A DNA stretch of 63,772 bases, filler included, from a bacterium (GCA_024278215.1; 3 parts of 3 records of this genome joined end to end with filler, not necessarily neighbours in it), one strand, 5' to 3'. Positions 40,664 to 50,531 are shown, counted from the whole stretch's first letter. The notes: generated by a model not told the origin, from the letters alone. Numbers and translations: made by a program.

Positions 40664-41305
40664 CTATCTTCTCTGCTGTTCCATGAATTCGATAATGTCG
40701 TTGAGTTTAAAGCGCCTCTGGTTGCCCGGTGTGCGGTAGTGAGGAAGGATTCCCTTTGCGGTGTACCTGCGAACAGTCGCCTTGCAGACGCCCATGATTT
40801 TAGCGGCTTCTTCGAGAGTGATTGTCGGATTCACCAGCCGTTCGAGGATTTCTTCTCTGCTCTGGCTCTGTTTTGTTTTCCTTGTTCCTTTTGCAATATT
40901 TTTCGGGCGTTCGACCCGCTCGATGCCGGGGAGTTTTTTTCTCTGGACACCCGAGTCGTCTTTCTGGGCGGTCTTCCTTGTTTTTGTTGTTCTTTCAGCG
41001 GCTTTCCAGACATCATGCACAGAAACGAAGGGAGAGGAGAGCGGACTGCCGTGTGATGAGCCTGACTGCGTCCCGGCTTCCTCTTCCTTGATCGAGGCGC
41101 CCGAAGTTTTGCCTTTTGCGCCGGCGGGACTGAACTTTGATTCAGACAGCTTCTGCTGCAATGTCTTGCGGCGAATCGAGAATCTTTCCTGGTCTATCGC
41201 CGGAACGGGATTTTCCGGGTCGAAAGTTTTCTCAAGCCGCCCATCGTCCTTTGCTTTGTCCGTTTCCGATTTTACGTACTGTTTCCAGTCTGTAAACCTG
41301 TCCAA
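40664..41305 (-). CDS. Excisionase/BldC-like (MerR-type HTH) DNA-binding protein with long low-complexity N-terminus
   Basis: C-terminal ITLEEAAKIMGVCKATVRRYT..G.L...RTPGNQRRF; TTG start after GGAGGG. Confidence 0.8.
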   Translation of the reverse strand: MDRFTDWKQYVKSETDKAKDDGRLEKTFDPENPVPAIDQERFSIRRKTLQQKLSESKFSPAGAKGKTSGASIKEEEAGTQSGSSHGSPLSSPFVSVHDVWKAAERTTKTRKTAQKDDSGVQRKKLPGIERVERPKNIAKGTRKTKQSQSREEILERLVNPTITLEEAAKIMGVCKATVRRYTAKGILPHYRTPGNQRRFKLNDIIEFMEQQRR

Positions 41306-41419
41306 ATGAATCCCTCCAGAATCTGCCTTATTCTCGATACCACCGATTCAGTCATCGGGTTTATATTTGATGCCGCCTGATGTTAATCCGGCCTCATAAC
41401 AAGATACTGGATCCTTTTT

Positions 41420-41444
41420 ACTCGCATTTGGTTAAATATGCGGA
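41420..41444. repeat. Degenerate family A hairpin
   Basis: ACTCGCATTTGGTTAAATATGCGGA. Confidence 0.6.
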
Positions 41445-41504
41445 TCAGCAGGAATAACTCATTTATGATAAACCCGAAGCGCAGTTTGCCGTGGGTAGAT
41501 TATT

Positions 41505-41780
41505 TTAAAATCGTATTTCAAATCCGCTGAACTTTGTTTTGTCAATATCTTTCCTGTTTGCATCGACATCCGAAACGGAGGAGAACGAAGGTCCTCTTTT
41601 AAGAGCCGCAACAAGTTCGTCGATTTTTTCTTTTTTTCCCTCCGCCACTACTTCCACTGAGCCGTCGGACATATTCCTTACATATCCGCAGACTCCGAGC
41701 GAACCTGCAACCCTCTGCACAAAGTACCTGAACCCGACGCCCTGGACGCGTCCTTTTATATTTGCTTCGAGTCTTTCCAT
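41505..41780 (-). CDS. acyP: Acylphosphatase
   Basis: GRVQGVGFR, GYVRN..DGSVE, GP, F.IR. Confidence 0.93.
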   Translation of the reverse strand: MERLEANIKGRVQGVGFRYFVQRVAGSLGVCGYVRNMSDGSVEVVAEGKKEKIDELVAALKRGPSFSSVSDVDANRKDIDKTKFSGFEIRF

Positions 41781-42026
41781 TCAGATGTCGTGCTCCCCCG
41801 GCGCGCGTGCGTTCGGTTATATTTGGAATCGGCTCCCGCGTGGCCGTTCTATGTGTTCCGGGGCAGATGTCCCGAACTCGTTTTCCGAACGCTCTGCTTT
41901 TCACATCATTGTGTTGCGACAAAGTACAATCACGATAATGCCCTTAAGCGATTGCGATGAAACAAGCCCGGTATTCGTCCGGGGCAGGAGGGCGGGTTCA
42001 TTCTGCCGCCCTGACCTGTTGAGCGT

Positions 42027-42308
42027 TTACTTGTCTTCTTTCTCCACTTCGATGACCGGCGGCGGAGCGGCATTCATTCCCAGGCGTTCGAGCATCTGCT
42101 CGGCCGGCAGGCTTTTCCTGTCATCCTGTTTTGTTGCCGCGTTGAAATCCTCGACGTCCTTTTCGCTTTCTTCCAGCATCGCGAGGAACTCTTTCTCGTT
42201 TTCGCCACGTTTCTGCTTTTTCTGTTTTTTCGATGTGTCGTGAACTTTGTAGACATCTCTACTGCGCCTGATGTGGCTGATAGTCGTATTGTATTCCAGT
42301 TCAGACAA
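42027..42308 (-). CDS. Hypothetical charged protein
   Basis: 93-aa ORF with AGGGAG RBS, 20 nt after the HD-GYP stop, followed by a GC hairpin at ~41985-42018. Confidence 0.55.
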   Translation of the reverse strand: MSELEYNTTISHIRRSRDVYKVHDTSKKQKKQKRGENEKEFLAMLEESEKDVEDFNAATKQDDRKSLPAEQMLERLGMNAAPPPVIEVEKEDK

Positions 42309-42328
42309 ATTGCATCACTCCCTGCGTT

Positions 42329-44659
42329 TTATCCTGTTACCGAGACAATCTTATCGGGCAATGTGTCGGAAAAAACCCTCAGGAAAGCGTCAACCACCTT
42401 CGGGTCGAACTGTGTCCCGTTGTGTTTCATAATTTCTTTCACAGCTTCTTCATGTGACAGAGCCTTGCGGTACGGCCTGTCCGATGTCATCGCGTCATAA
42501 GCGTCCGCGATAAGAATGATTCTCGACATGAAGGGTATCTCTTCACCGGCGAGTCCGTCGGGGTATCCGTATCCGTCCCAGCGCTCGTGGTGGTGCCTGA
42601 TAATCGGTTTTATATCCTGGAGGAACGGTACCGGTTCGACAATAGTTTCTCCGACGAGAGGATGTGTCTTGATTATTTCATATTCATCTACAGTGAGTTT
42701 TCCTTCTTTCGAGATAATCAGCTCGCTGATCCCGATTTTTCCTATATCATGCAAATCCGCCGCATATTTGAGCAAGTCTATCTGGTCGTCGTCGAAGTTC
42801 ATTTCTTTTGCGATCAACAAGGATATATCGCTAACCCTTTTCGAGTGGCCGTGTGTGTATCTGTCTTTTGCGTCGATGGCCATTGAAAGCGCCTGGATGG
42901 TGTTGAGGTAGCTTCCTCTAAGTGACTCGAAGAGCTTCGCGTTTTCAATGGCACCCGCGGCCTGGTTTGCAAATATGCCCAGCAGCCTCTTTTCGTCTTC
43001 TGTGAATACATGTCTGTTTTTTGTGTAGAGGTTCAGCACACCCATCACTGATTGTTTTGTTATGAGTGGGATGCTGATAATTGATTTGAGTTTCATTTCG
43101 TGCAGGAAGTGCTCCGAGGGTATCCTCTTGTCGGATGCGAGGTCCTCGACCACAATGGGTTTTCTCATTTTCACGGCCAGTCCGCTGATTCCTTCACCGA
43201 TAGTTGTCGTGCCCTTTTCCTTGTAGTCTTCCCCCATGCCGCGGCTTATCTCGACATTAAGATTTTTGCCGCTGTGGTCCAGCAGTTTGATCGAGCATAT
43301 CTGGAATCCCATTACCTTGCTGATTGCGTCAATTATCGTGTTGAGGACTGTCGCTGTGTCGAGGCTGTCGCTTATCTTGTTTGTTACTTCGCTCAGAGAT
43401 GTAAGTTCTTTGACCTTGCGTGAAAGTTCCCGGTTGGCTTCCTCGCGTTTTGAAGTGTCGTTCTTCAACTGGTGGAAGGCTTCTTCGAGTTTCTTCTGGT
43501 AATCCTGCAACGTGTTGATTTTTTCTTCCATCACCGAACTCATTTTGTTGAAGGCGAATCCCAGGGAGCCTATTTCGTCGCGTCTGTATATTTTGACACG
43601 CCTCGAGTAGCCGCCCTGTGAGATTTCCTCGACAGCGTCCAGAAGTTCGCCGATGGGTTTTGTTACTCTGTATGACCTGTAGAGTGCGAGGAAGATGCCG
43701 ACCAGCAATGCGAGAATTCCGACCATGATGATGCGATGGGCCGTTTCTTCCACGGGTTTGAAGGCTTCGGCCCGTGGCTGCATAAGCACAATGTGCCATC
43801 CCAGGTCGCTGCCTACGTCTGTGACTGTGCCGATATATTTCTCGTTGCCTATGCGGAAATTGAGGTCGTGTTCGAGCATGCCGCCTGTTTTTATGCCTTT
43901 TTGCGAGGCAAGCTGGTAGAGAGGCATCCCTTTATCGAATATTGATTTTGTGGCTGTTTCCTCATGTGTATTTGTAAGTATGATCCCATCGTTGTCTATG
44001 AGAAATACCTGCATTCTGCGACCGGCGATGTCTTCATTTCTTACTGATGTTTCCATCATGGAACTGTCCAGGGTTTTCTCGGCGATTATAATTCCTTTTA
44101 ATTTCCCTGTTTTGTCGAAAACCGGTTTTGCGATAAACACTCCGTTGTGATGATTGAACTTATTGCGCATTGGATATACTATCGTTCGTTTTTCGTTTAT
44201 TGCCTGTATCACTTCGGGTTCGTCCGCTATCCCGTTGTGCGGTGTGATACCTTCCCTGATGTATGCGTCTGTATACACGAGGCGTTTGTTGCTGTTGTAA
44301 ACATATACAGTGTCCAGGTTCGCCCGAAGCACAAATGTGCCCATGAAAAAGGTGTAGAGGGTAGGGCGGTCGAGATGTTTGTCAACGAGCCTGTCGGCCA
44401 CTTCGTCGATCGCTTTTACCGTCCTGCATATTTCCTGGTCGATGTTGGTCGAGAACACTGTGGACAGCAGTTCCATTTTGTCCAGAAGGTTCTCACGCGC
44501 GAGCCTGCGAGTATTCGTATACGTGATGTAAAACATGAGAGATGTCGTAACAACAATAAGGAGAACGAATGAAAGCAACAGCTTCATCCGCACACCCTTC
44601 GAGCGAAAATAAGAGTGTTCGACCGGTTTGTCAGCGTTATGTGCTGAACCGTTTATCAT
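42329..44659 (-). CDS. Membrane Cache-HAMP-GAF-HD-GYP c-di-GMP phosphodiesterase
   Basis: Two TMs around an extracytoplasmic domain, HAMP (DEIGSLGFAFNKM), GAF, YTHGHS..LHDIGK..HHERWDGYGYP. Confidence 0.9.
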   Translation of the reverse strand: MINGSAHNADKPVEHSYFRSKGVRMKLLLSFVLLIVVTTSLMFYITYTNTRRLARENLLDKMELLSTVFSTNIDQEICRTVKAIDEVADRLVDKHLDRPTLYTFFMGTFVLRANLDTVYVYNSNKRLVYTDAYIREGITPHNGIADEPEVIQAINEKRTIVYPMRNKFNHHNGVFIAKPVFDKTGKLKGIIIAEKTLDSSMMETSVRNEDIAGRRMQVFLIDNDGIILTNTHEETATKSIFDKGMPLYQLASQKGIKTGGMLEHDLNFRIGNEKYIGTVTDVGSDLGWHIVLMQPRAEAFKPVEETAHRIIMVGILALLVGIFLALYRSYRVTKPIGELLDAVEEISQGGYSRRVKIYRRDEIGSLGFAFNKMSSVMEEKINTLQDYQKKLEEAFHQLKNDTSKREEANRELSRKVKELTSLSEVTNKISDSLDTATVLNTIIDAISKVMGFQICSIKLLDHSGKNLNVEISRGMGEDYKEKGTTTIGEGISGLAVKMRKPIVVEDLASDKRIPSEHFLHEMKLKSIISIPLITKQSVMGVLNLYTKNRHVFTEDEKRLLGIFANQAAGAIENAKLFESLRGSYLNTIQALSMAIDAKDRYTHGHSKRVSDISLLIAKEMNFDDDQIDLLKYAADLHDIGKIGISELIISKEGKLTVDEYEIIKTHPLVGETIVEPVPFLQDIKPIIRHHHERWDGYGYPDGLAGEEIPFMSRIILIADAYDAMTSDRPYRKALSHEEAVKEIMKHNGTQFDPKVVDAFLRVFSDTLPDKIVSVTG

Positions 44660-44676
44660 TGATAGTCAACTCCGGA

Positions 44677-45372
44677 TCATGACCCGTAGACGAAGTACCT
44701 GTAAAGGCTCGTCACTTTCCTTACATACTCACGGGTTTCCCTGTACGGTGGAATACCTTTATGTTTTTCCACCGCTTCCGGCCCCGCGTTGTAGCTGGCG
44801 AGGGCCAGGTCAAGTGTTCTGTCACTGTTGCGCCACCTGTTGGATTGCATCCAGATGTAGCGGGTCGTGCCGTATATATTTTGCTTAACATCGAAAGCGT
44901 TCCTGACGCCAAGCATGCGGGCGGTTCCCGGCATCAGCTGTCCCAGCCCCTGCGCGCCTTTTGGAGACACGGCTCGCGGCTGGAACCTGGATTCGACGGC
45001 GATCACCGCCACGACAAGTCTGGGGTCGAGTTTGAATTTTGCGGAATACAGAAGTATGTGGCGTGAGATTTCCAGTGCCTGCCCGTCGGTCAGGTTGCTG
45101 TTGTAATATTTCACTACTCGCATGTATGCCAGCTCGACTCTGGCATACTCGTTGCGCAGGTTACGGCGTGATTCGTCCGTCGCCTGTTCACCATCTACCG
45201 CGATCTCCATGGGGCCGGACTTCTTGAGAGCGGTTGTTGCCGGGTTCGGCGCTGCTGCTTCCTGGCCCATCGCGTGCGGCGCGGACACAGCCACTACTAC
45301 AATTATAAGAAATATTTCCAAAACATGTATCAGACTTTTTTTCATAAATATAAATCCTTTTTTCCCGGCCAC
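44677..45372 (-). CDS. Lytic transglycosylase (SLT domain)
   Basis: AVIAVESRF, SPKGAQGLGQLMP, ALASYNAGP, PPYRETREYV. Confidence 0.92.
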   Translation of the reverse strand: MAGKKGFIFMKKSLIHVLEIFLIIVVVAVSAPHAMGQEAAAPNPATTALKKSGPMEIAVDGEQATDESRRNLRNEYARVELAYMRVVKYYNSNLTDGQALEISRHILLYSAKFKLDPRLVVAVIAVESRFQPRAVSPKGAQGLGQLMPGTARMLGVRNAFDVKQNIYGTTRYIWMQSNRWRNSDRTLDLALASYNAGPEAVEKHKGIPPYRETREYVRKVTSLYRYFVYGS

Positions 45373-45398
45373 TATATCTCCGGCAGTTGCCGCGCCGC

Positions 45399-47129
45399 CT
45401 ATATCTTCATTCTCCAGATTTTACCTTTGCACTTGCTCTTGTATTTCGGGTTGTATTTATAGCGGTTGCTCGCCACTATGTATATATAATCCCCCTGCGG
45501 GCCCATTTTGATGCTTAAAGGATAAAAGCTTTTGAAGTCTTCTACCTTGTCTCTGTCGAGCACCGCTTTCAGCTTTCCCATCTGGTTGGCTATCACGATG
45601 CGCTGGTTCCCCGTGTCGCAAATGTATACGTTTCCTTTGTTGTCTACTTCGATGCCCGACGGCTTCGACAGGCGCACTTCTTCGCTGCCTTTTGCGCCTT
45701 CCTGGAATATCAGGAAATCCGTCACGATATTCTTGCTGGAAATCTTCCCCACCTGGCCGGATATTTTCAGTGTCAGGTATATGATTCCGCCTCTGGTCAC
45801 CGCGAGTCCGTTGGGCTGGCTGAATCCCGATGGCATTTTTATTGTTCCCTCGTTCAGGTATGTTCCTTCGTGGTCGAACTTGAGCAGCCTGTTGTTGCCC
45901 CTGTCGCTGACGTAGACGATTCGCTCGGAACCTTTCCCGACTGCCTTCACCGATTTCGGGTTGATCAGCCTGACCATGTAGCTTCTGCTGTCGGGGATTG
46001 TGCCCGCGAAGCTTCCGTCAGTCCTGAAGATGTATACCTTGTTGACTGAAAAATCCGCGACGTATATCTTATCTTCCAGCACATCGATTCCCGTGGGGAA
46101 ACTCAGCTTGACTTTCCGGCCGATCTTCTCACGCGAACCGCTGGCCGGGTTGTATTTGATTATCTGTGTTTCCGCATCGTCGATTATGTACAATGTGCCG
46201 TCTTTCGCTATGGCGACATCGTAGGGAACGAGAAGTTTGTCGTAGACAAGCTCGAAGTCGTATGATTGCGCCTGCATTGCCGATTTGACGGACTTGACTA
46301 CTCTCTGCGACCATCCCCGGTTCTTCTGGAACACCACCGACACCGGGCTCATTCTGATGACGCTGACGATGTCGCCCCATAGGAAAAAGAGCATGATCAG
46401 GATTGCCATCGCGCCGAAAACAGCGAAATATCTTTTGTTCAGAATCGCCTGGCTCGTTTCCTGCAACTGCTTGAATTTTATTATCAGCAGCCGCGGTGTC
46501 TGTGTTTCTTCATACTTGTTTGCCAGCATGTTGATCTTGTTGCAGGCAAGGTTCAGGTCGTCCTCTGTTGTCAGGATATTGCGCACTTCAAGTTTTGTCA
46601 GGTTCTTGACCATATCCTCGTTGCTCAGGACGACTTTGTCTCCGTCGCCGATTGATATGCCTTCGACCTGTATGCTTGCGACACCGCGTCCTTTCGGTGG
46701 CTTGAATATCTTCCTGAATTTCCTGTCTTTAAGAAAAAATACCGGGCATTCGTTTATTCGTCCGATGTACATTGCGTTGTTCTTCACCAGGGCGATTGCG
46801 AACGAGTGGCGCGCGGAACCGGCCTCCACCAGTCCCTTTTCCTCCTGCAACTTGATGAATTCTCCGATCAACTGCTTGAGAAACGCGCCCGGTCTGGAGA
46901 GTTCGCCTCGTTTGTATACTTCGGAATACGGCTCCACCATTGATGCCAGCAGCGCGAGGCTCTCCTGCTCCGCCTGCGGGGCCATCCCGGAGAAGACCGC
47001 GAAAATTCCGTAATATTTTGATGTGTCGTTCGAGTCCAGAAGATACGTGCCCGCACCGAACTTGTGGCCGTTTTCAAGCACTCCCACAAGTGTTCTGTAC
47101 GAACTCTGGATCGTTTTTTTACCCGTCAA
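45399..47129 (-). CDS. Degenerate PP2C-like domain + TM + NHL-repeat beta-propeller
   Basis: PP2C-like strand order lacking the metal-binding Asp residues; single TM; repeated P.G.A/D...G.IY..D..N.RI units. Confidence 0.7.
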   Translation of the reverse strand: MTGKKTIQSSYRTLVGVLENGHKFGAGTYLLDSNDTSKYYGIFAVFSGMAPQAEQESLALLASMVEPYSEVYKRGELSRPGAFLKQLIGEFIKLQEEKGLVEAGSARHSFAIALVKNNAMYIGRINECPVFFLKDRKFRKIFKPPKGRGVASIQVEGISIGDGDKVVLSNEDMVKNLTKLEVRNILTTEDDLNLACNKINMLANKYEETQTPRLLIIKFKQLQETSQAILNKRYFAVFGAMAILIMLFFLWGDIVSVIRMSPVSVVFQKNRGWSQRVVKSVKSAMQAQSYDFELVYDKLLVPYDVAIAKDGTLYIIDDAETQIIKYNPASGSREKIGRKVKLSFPTGIDVLEDKIYVADFSVNKVYIFRTDGSFAGTIPDSRSYMVRLINPKSVKAVGKGSERIVYVSDRGNNRLLKFDHEGTYLNEGTIKMPSGFSQPNGLAVTRGGIIYLTLKISGQVGKISSKNIVTDFLIFQEGAKGSEEVRLSKPSGIEVDNKGNVYICDTGNQRIVIANQMGKLKAVLDRDKVEDFKSFYPLSIKMGPQGDYIYIVASNRYKYNPKYKSKCKGKIWRMKI

Positions 47130-47144
47130 ATCCTGACGCTCCCG

Positions 47145-49031
47145 TTATTCTTTTCTCATCTGTATTTCTATTGACTGATACTCTCTCGTCAATTTGATTG
47201 TCCGGTTGTAATCCCTGTAGCCGGGCTTTGTCGCCTGTAGCGTATACTCCCCCGGCTTGAGATCGTACCTGACGTCGGAAAATCCCGTCAGCACCAGCGC
47301 ACCGTCGTCGAATATCATGATGTTGCATTCCGGAACATTCGATTTTATCGTGAAGAAAGCGATGTTCACCGCGTCGGTATCCGCCCCGTACAGGGCGTCG
47401 CGTGCTACTTCCGCCAGAGCGCCGCCATCATCGCCGTAAGCTGATACGGGTGGCGATTTGTTGACATCCGGCTGCGTGTCGATCACGTCTACGCTTGTGT
47501 CGTTGTTCCGGGGCCGTGCCGTATGTGTCCTTGCGGAAGCTCTCCCTGCCATCGTTGCGGGGGAGGCTGTTGTTCCACGTGCCGCCGCTTCTGTGAACCT
47601 GAATAATGTCGCCTGCGTGATGTCGGATTTAATATTGATCGTGTGCCCCTGAACCTGTGTGCCCATATATGCTTCCAACTGGTGTCTTCCGGGTTGTATC
47701 GCCCGAAGCATTATTTCCGTTCGCGGAAACCCTTTCAGTTCTATGCCGTCGAGCGCCATGCGGTCGCAGCGTGGCGCGCACTTCACGAGTATCGCTCCCG
47801 CCGGCGGCTCGAGCGGGCGAAGTGTCAGTACTCTCTGGAGCTCCTGCCCCTCGTCGGGTGATAAGCTTTCTATGTACGGCTGATAACCGTCGTGCTCAAC
47901 CCGAATCTCGACTTCCGTCCCCGCCGGCGCTTCTACTACCGCCGGTGTGAGACTTTTTTCCTGAACTCCGTTTATGAATATCTTCGCGCCCCGCGGTTGT
48001 GTTTTGATGTCTATCTTCGCAGACGGCCCGATGTCTCCGGCTGCCGTTCCCGCCGCGGGTTGCTCCGCCATGGTCTCAATCGTCGCGGGTTCGTTTTCTG
48101 TTTGTGCCTGTTCCACAGTCGGCGACGTGCCGTAGGGCGCGCCGGCGATTCTTACGATATTTTCATGCAGGAAACTTATCGCCGCTATGGTGACTGCCAT
48201 TGTCAGCACAACGGCATACTTTTTCATCAACGATTCGCGTGGATACTTGATGCGCTCGACATATTCCGGCTCTTCCTCACACGCGCCGGCTACTGTAATG
48301 AGAACCGCGCTTACGTCCTCGCTGTCGTCGTGTTTTCTGGCTTCTTCCATCAACTTCTCGACTGCTTCATCCTGCGATTCCGAATTAAGAAGTATCTCCT
48401 GTATCTTTACATTTGTGAGTCTTGAGATCAGGCCGTCCGAACAGAACAGGAGTGAACTGCGTTTGCAAAGTTTCTGGCTGATAATTACAGGTCTGAAGTA
48501 ATCGTCGCTCCAGCCCGGTGGGATGCGGCCCTCGCCCAGCGTTTCCAGGTCGATGTCTTCCAGCCGACCCAGGCCCACATCTTCTGTGAGCCTCATTATT
48601 TTTCCGGGTTCGACGAGATATGCCGCGCCTCCTCCGGCATAAGCGATATGCGCAGTTTCGTCCTCCACGTATCCACACATAATCGATGCCGCTATAATGC
48701 CGTTCCCTCTTATACTTGTTTCTTTCAGGAGCGCGGCGTTTACTTCTCGCAGGCATTCTTCCAGTATATTGCCTCCCCGGAAATCCTCACGGCGGAACCT
48801 GGACTCTATGCTGTTTCTCAGCGTTTTTATTGCGATCTCGCTTGCGAGGTCTTCAGAAGATGTTCCGGCTGTTCCGTCCGCTACTCCGTATAATCCCAGC
48901 AGCCCGGTGTCTCCCGGGTAATTCACACAACATATATACTCTGCATTGGCTGTGCGGCGGCTCCCGCGCATCGTGCGGCCCGCAGACAGTATCTGTATTT
49001 CTTCGGTTTGTTTTTCTTTTGTCTCAGGCAT
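47145..49031 (-). CDS. PP2C/PPM-family phosphatase + TM + PEGA repeats
   Basis: YGVADG, LLFCSDGL, EDVSAVLI; TM; IKTQPRGAKIFING..TP and L.PG.Y.L..K.GY PEGA units. Confidence 0.82.
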   Translation of the reverse strand: MPETKEKQTEEIQILSAGRTMRGSRRTANAEYICCVNYPGDTGLLGLYGVADGTAGTSSEDLASEIAIKTLRNSIESRFRREDFRGGNILEECLREVNAALLKETSIRGNGIIAASIMCGYVEDETAHIAYAGGGAAYLVEPGKIMRLTEDVGLGRLEDIDLETLGEGRIPPGWSDDYFRPVIISQKLCKRSSLLFCSDGLISRLTNVKIQEILLNSESQDEAVEKLMEEARKHDDSEDVSAVLITVAGACEEEPEYVERIKYPRESLMKKYAVVLTMAVTIAAISFLHENIVRIAGAPYGTSPTVEQAQTENEPATIETMAEQPAAGTAAGDIGPSAKIDIKTQPRGAKIFINGVQEKSLTPAVVEAPAGTEVEIRVEHDGYQPYIESLSPDEGQELQRVLTLRPLEPPAGAILVKCAPRCDRMALDGIELKGFPRTEIMLRAIQPGRHQLEAYMGTQVQGHTINIKSDITQATLFRFTEAAARGTTASPATMAGRASARTHTARPRNNDTSVDVIDTQPDVNKSPPVSAYGDDGGALAEVARDALYGADTDAVNIAFFTIKSNVPECNIMIFDDGALVLTGFSDVRYDLKPGEYTLQATKPGYRDYNRTIKLTREYQSIEIQMRKE

Positions 49032-49082
49032 TAGATTTCTTCTTCAATTGCCATGGGTTCGATACGTGCGGCTCGGTTCAGC

Positions 49083-50120
49083 TCATTTTCGCAGTTTCGC
49101 CAGATTCTTCCTGTTGGGAGGTGCGGCAACTCCATTTTCCGTGATTATTCCCGCTATGAGTTTCGCGGGAGTCACGTCGAACGCGTAATTTACAATATCC
49201 ACACCGTCAGGACAAATAACCTCGCGCCCGATCTTCCTGACTTCGTCACCGTCGCGCTCTTCGATAGGTATCTCCGCACCGGACTTCAGCGAATAATCAA
49301 TTGTCGATATCGGCGCGGCCACATAAAACGGCACTTTGTGCGCTTTGCTTACTATGGCAAGCGAGTATGTGCCGATCTTGTTTGCAGTGTCGCCGTTCGC
49401 CGCGATCCTGTCCGCGCCCACTATCACAGCGTCTATCATGCCGCGGGCCATAAGTGTTGCCGCCGCGTTGTCGCAATTGAGCGAACAAGGAATCCCTTCC
49501 TGCACCATCTCGAAAGCCGTCAGCATCGCGCCCTGCAGCCGCGGCCTGGTCTCGTCGGCGTAAACCCGCTCGATCCTGCCCTTCGCGTAAGCCGCCCTGA
49601 TGACACCCAGCGCTGTGCCGTAGTCGGCTGTAGCGAGGCTGCCGGCATTGCAATGTGTCATCACACGACTTCCTTTTTTAAGCAGCTTCGCACCGTTCGC
49701 CCCCATTCTTTTGTTTATCTTTATGTCTTCCACTCTCATCTTCTTTCCCTCTTCGATGAGAGCGGCAGTGATACCGGCCACATCCTTACCGGCGTTTTTC
49801 GCGATGATGCCTCGCTGTCTTTCAAGCGCCCAGAAAAGATTGACTGCCGTCGGCCTGGTTCTCTCTATCCTTTCAAAAACCGTCTCCATGTATTCATAAA
49901 ACTTTTCTTTATCTTTACCCCTGAACTTCGTGGCCCCGAGCGCGACTCCCATAGCAGCCATCACGCCTATCGCCGGTGCTCCGCGCACCTGCAATATCTC
50001 TATGGCTTTTGCTACAGCCTCGATGCTCTTTGCCTTGATATATTTGAACTTCCCCGGTAGCAATGTCTGGTCAATGAGTTCGATACAGTTTTCTTCGTCG
50101 AGCCATCTTAATGTGTCCAA
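49083..50120 (-). CDS. mtnA: S-methyl-5-thioribose-1-phosphate isomerase
   Basis: IDQTLLP, VRGAPAIG, RPTAVNL, THCNAGSLAT, ETRP.LQGA.LT, GADRIAANGDTANKIGTY. Confidence 0.95.
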   Translation of the reverse strand: MDTLRWLDEENCIELIDQTLLPGKFKYIKAKSIEAVAKAIEILQVRGAPAIGVMAAMGVALGATKFRGKDKEKFYEYMETVFERIERTRPTAVNLFWALERQRGIIAKNAGKDVAGITAALIEEGKKMRVEDIKINKRMGANGAKLLKKGSRVMTHCNAGSLATADYGTALGVIRAAYAKGRIERVYADETRPRLQGAMLTAFEMVQEGIPCSLNCDNAAATLMARGMIDAVIVGADRIAANGDTANKIGTYSLAIVSKAHKVPFYVAAPISTIDYSLKSGAEIPIEERDGDEVRKIGREVICPDGVDIVNYAFDVTPAKLIAGIITENGVAAPPNRKNLAKLRK

Positions 50121-50361
50121 ATCCGGTGCCTCCCGGTCGTTGTAAAGGTATGTTCAACAATTCGTTTCAAACTTTCACATGCAACAACTCCCTCTTATAA
50201 TAACTTATTATATTATAAATAGCTAATAGTTTTCCATTTGTTATCTCATTTTTTTTCAGGCCGCATTGCCTGTGAACAGTTACCTCGAATGTAATTCCAT
50301 TACACGTATTCAACCTGTTTTATACGATTCCTCATTTCAGATAGAGAATCAAAGCAAAAAG

Positions 50362-50456
50362 CTTTGGAGTACGGCGATTTATCGCCGCTTTGTCTGTTAT
50401 TACCGGGAATTAATTCCCGGTAGTGAAAGCGATAATGAATTGTCGTACTCCAAAAG
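50362..50456. repeat. REPIN-like element: two inverted REP-like units around a 22-bp perfect palindrome
   Basis: TTTGGAGTACGGCGATTTATCGCCGCTTT ... TACCGGGAATTAATTCCCGGTA ... AAAGCGATAATGAATTGTCGTACTCCAAA. Confidence 0.7.
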
Positions 50457-50502
50457 AACATCACCAAAAACTACATTTGCAAGCTGAGTGGGGTAATCGG
50501 AT

Positions 50503-50531
50503 AAAAAAAAGAGCCCGATAGAGGCTCTTTT
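50503..50531 (-). terminator. Rho-independent terminator, probably bidirectional
   Basis: A8-GAGCC-loop-GGCTC-T tract, downstream of the 50598 stop. Confidence 0.75.

Noticed and set aside
40664-41305. Prophage or ICE implied by the excisionase-like gene
   Set aside because: No integrase, att site or phage genes; housekeeping and signalling context
41785-41900. Possible 6S-like or other ncRNA upstream of acyP
   Set aside because: Some pairing potential, but no rod with central bubble and no family motif recognisable by eye
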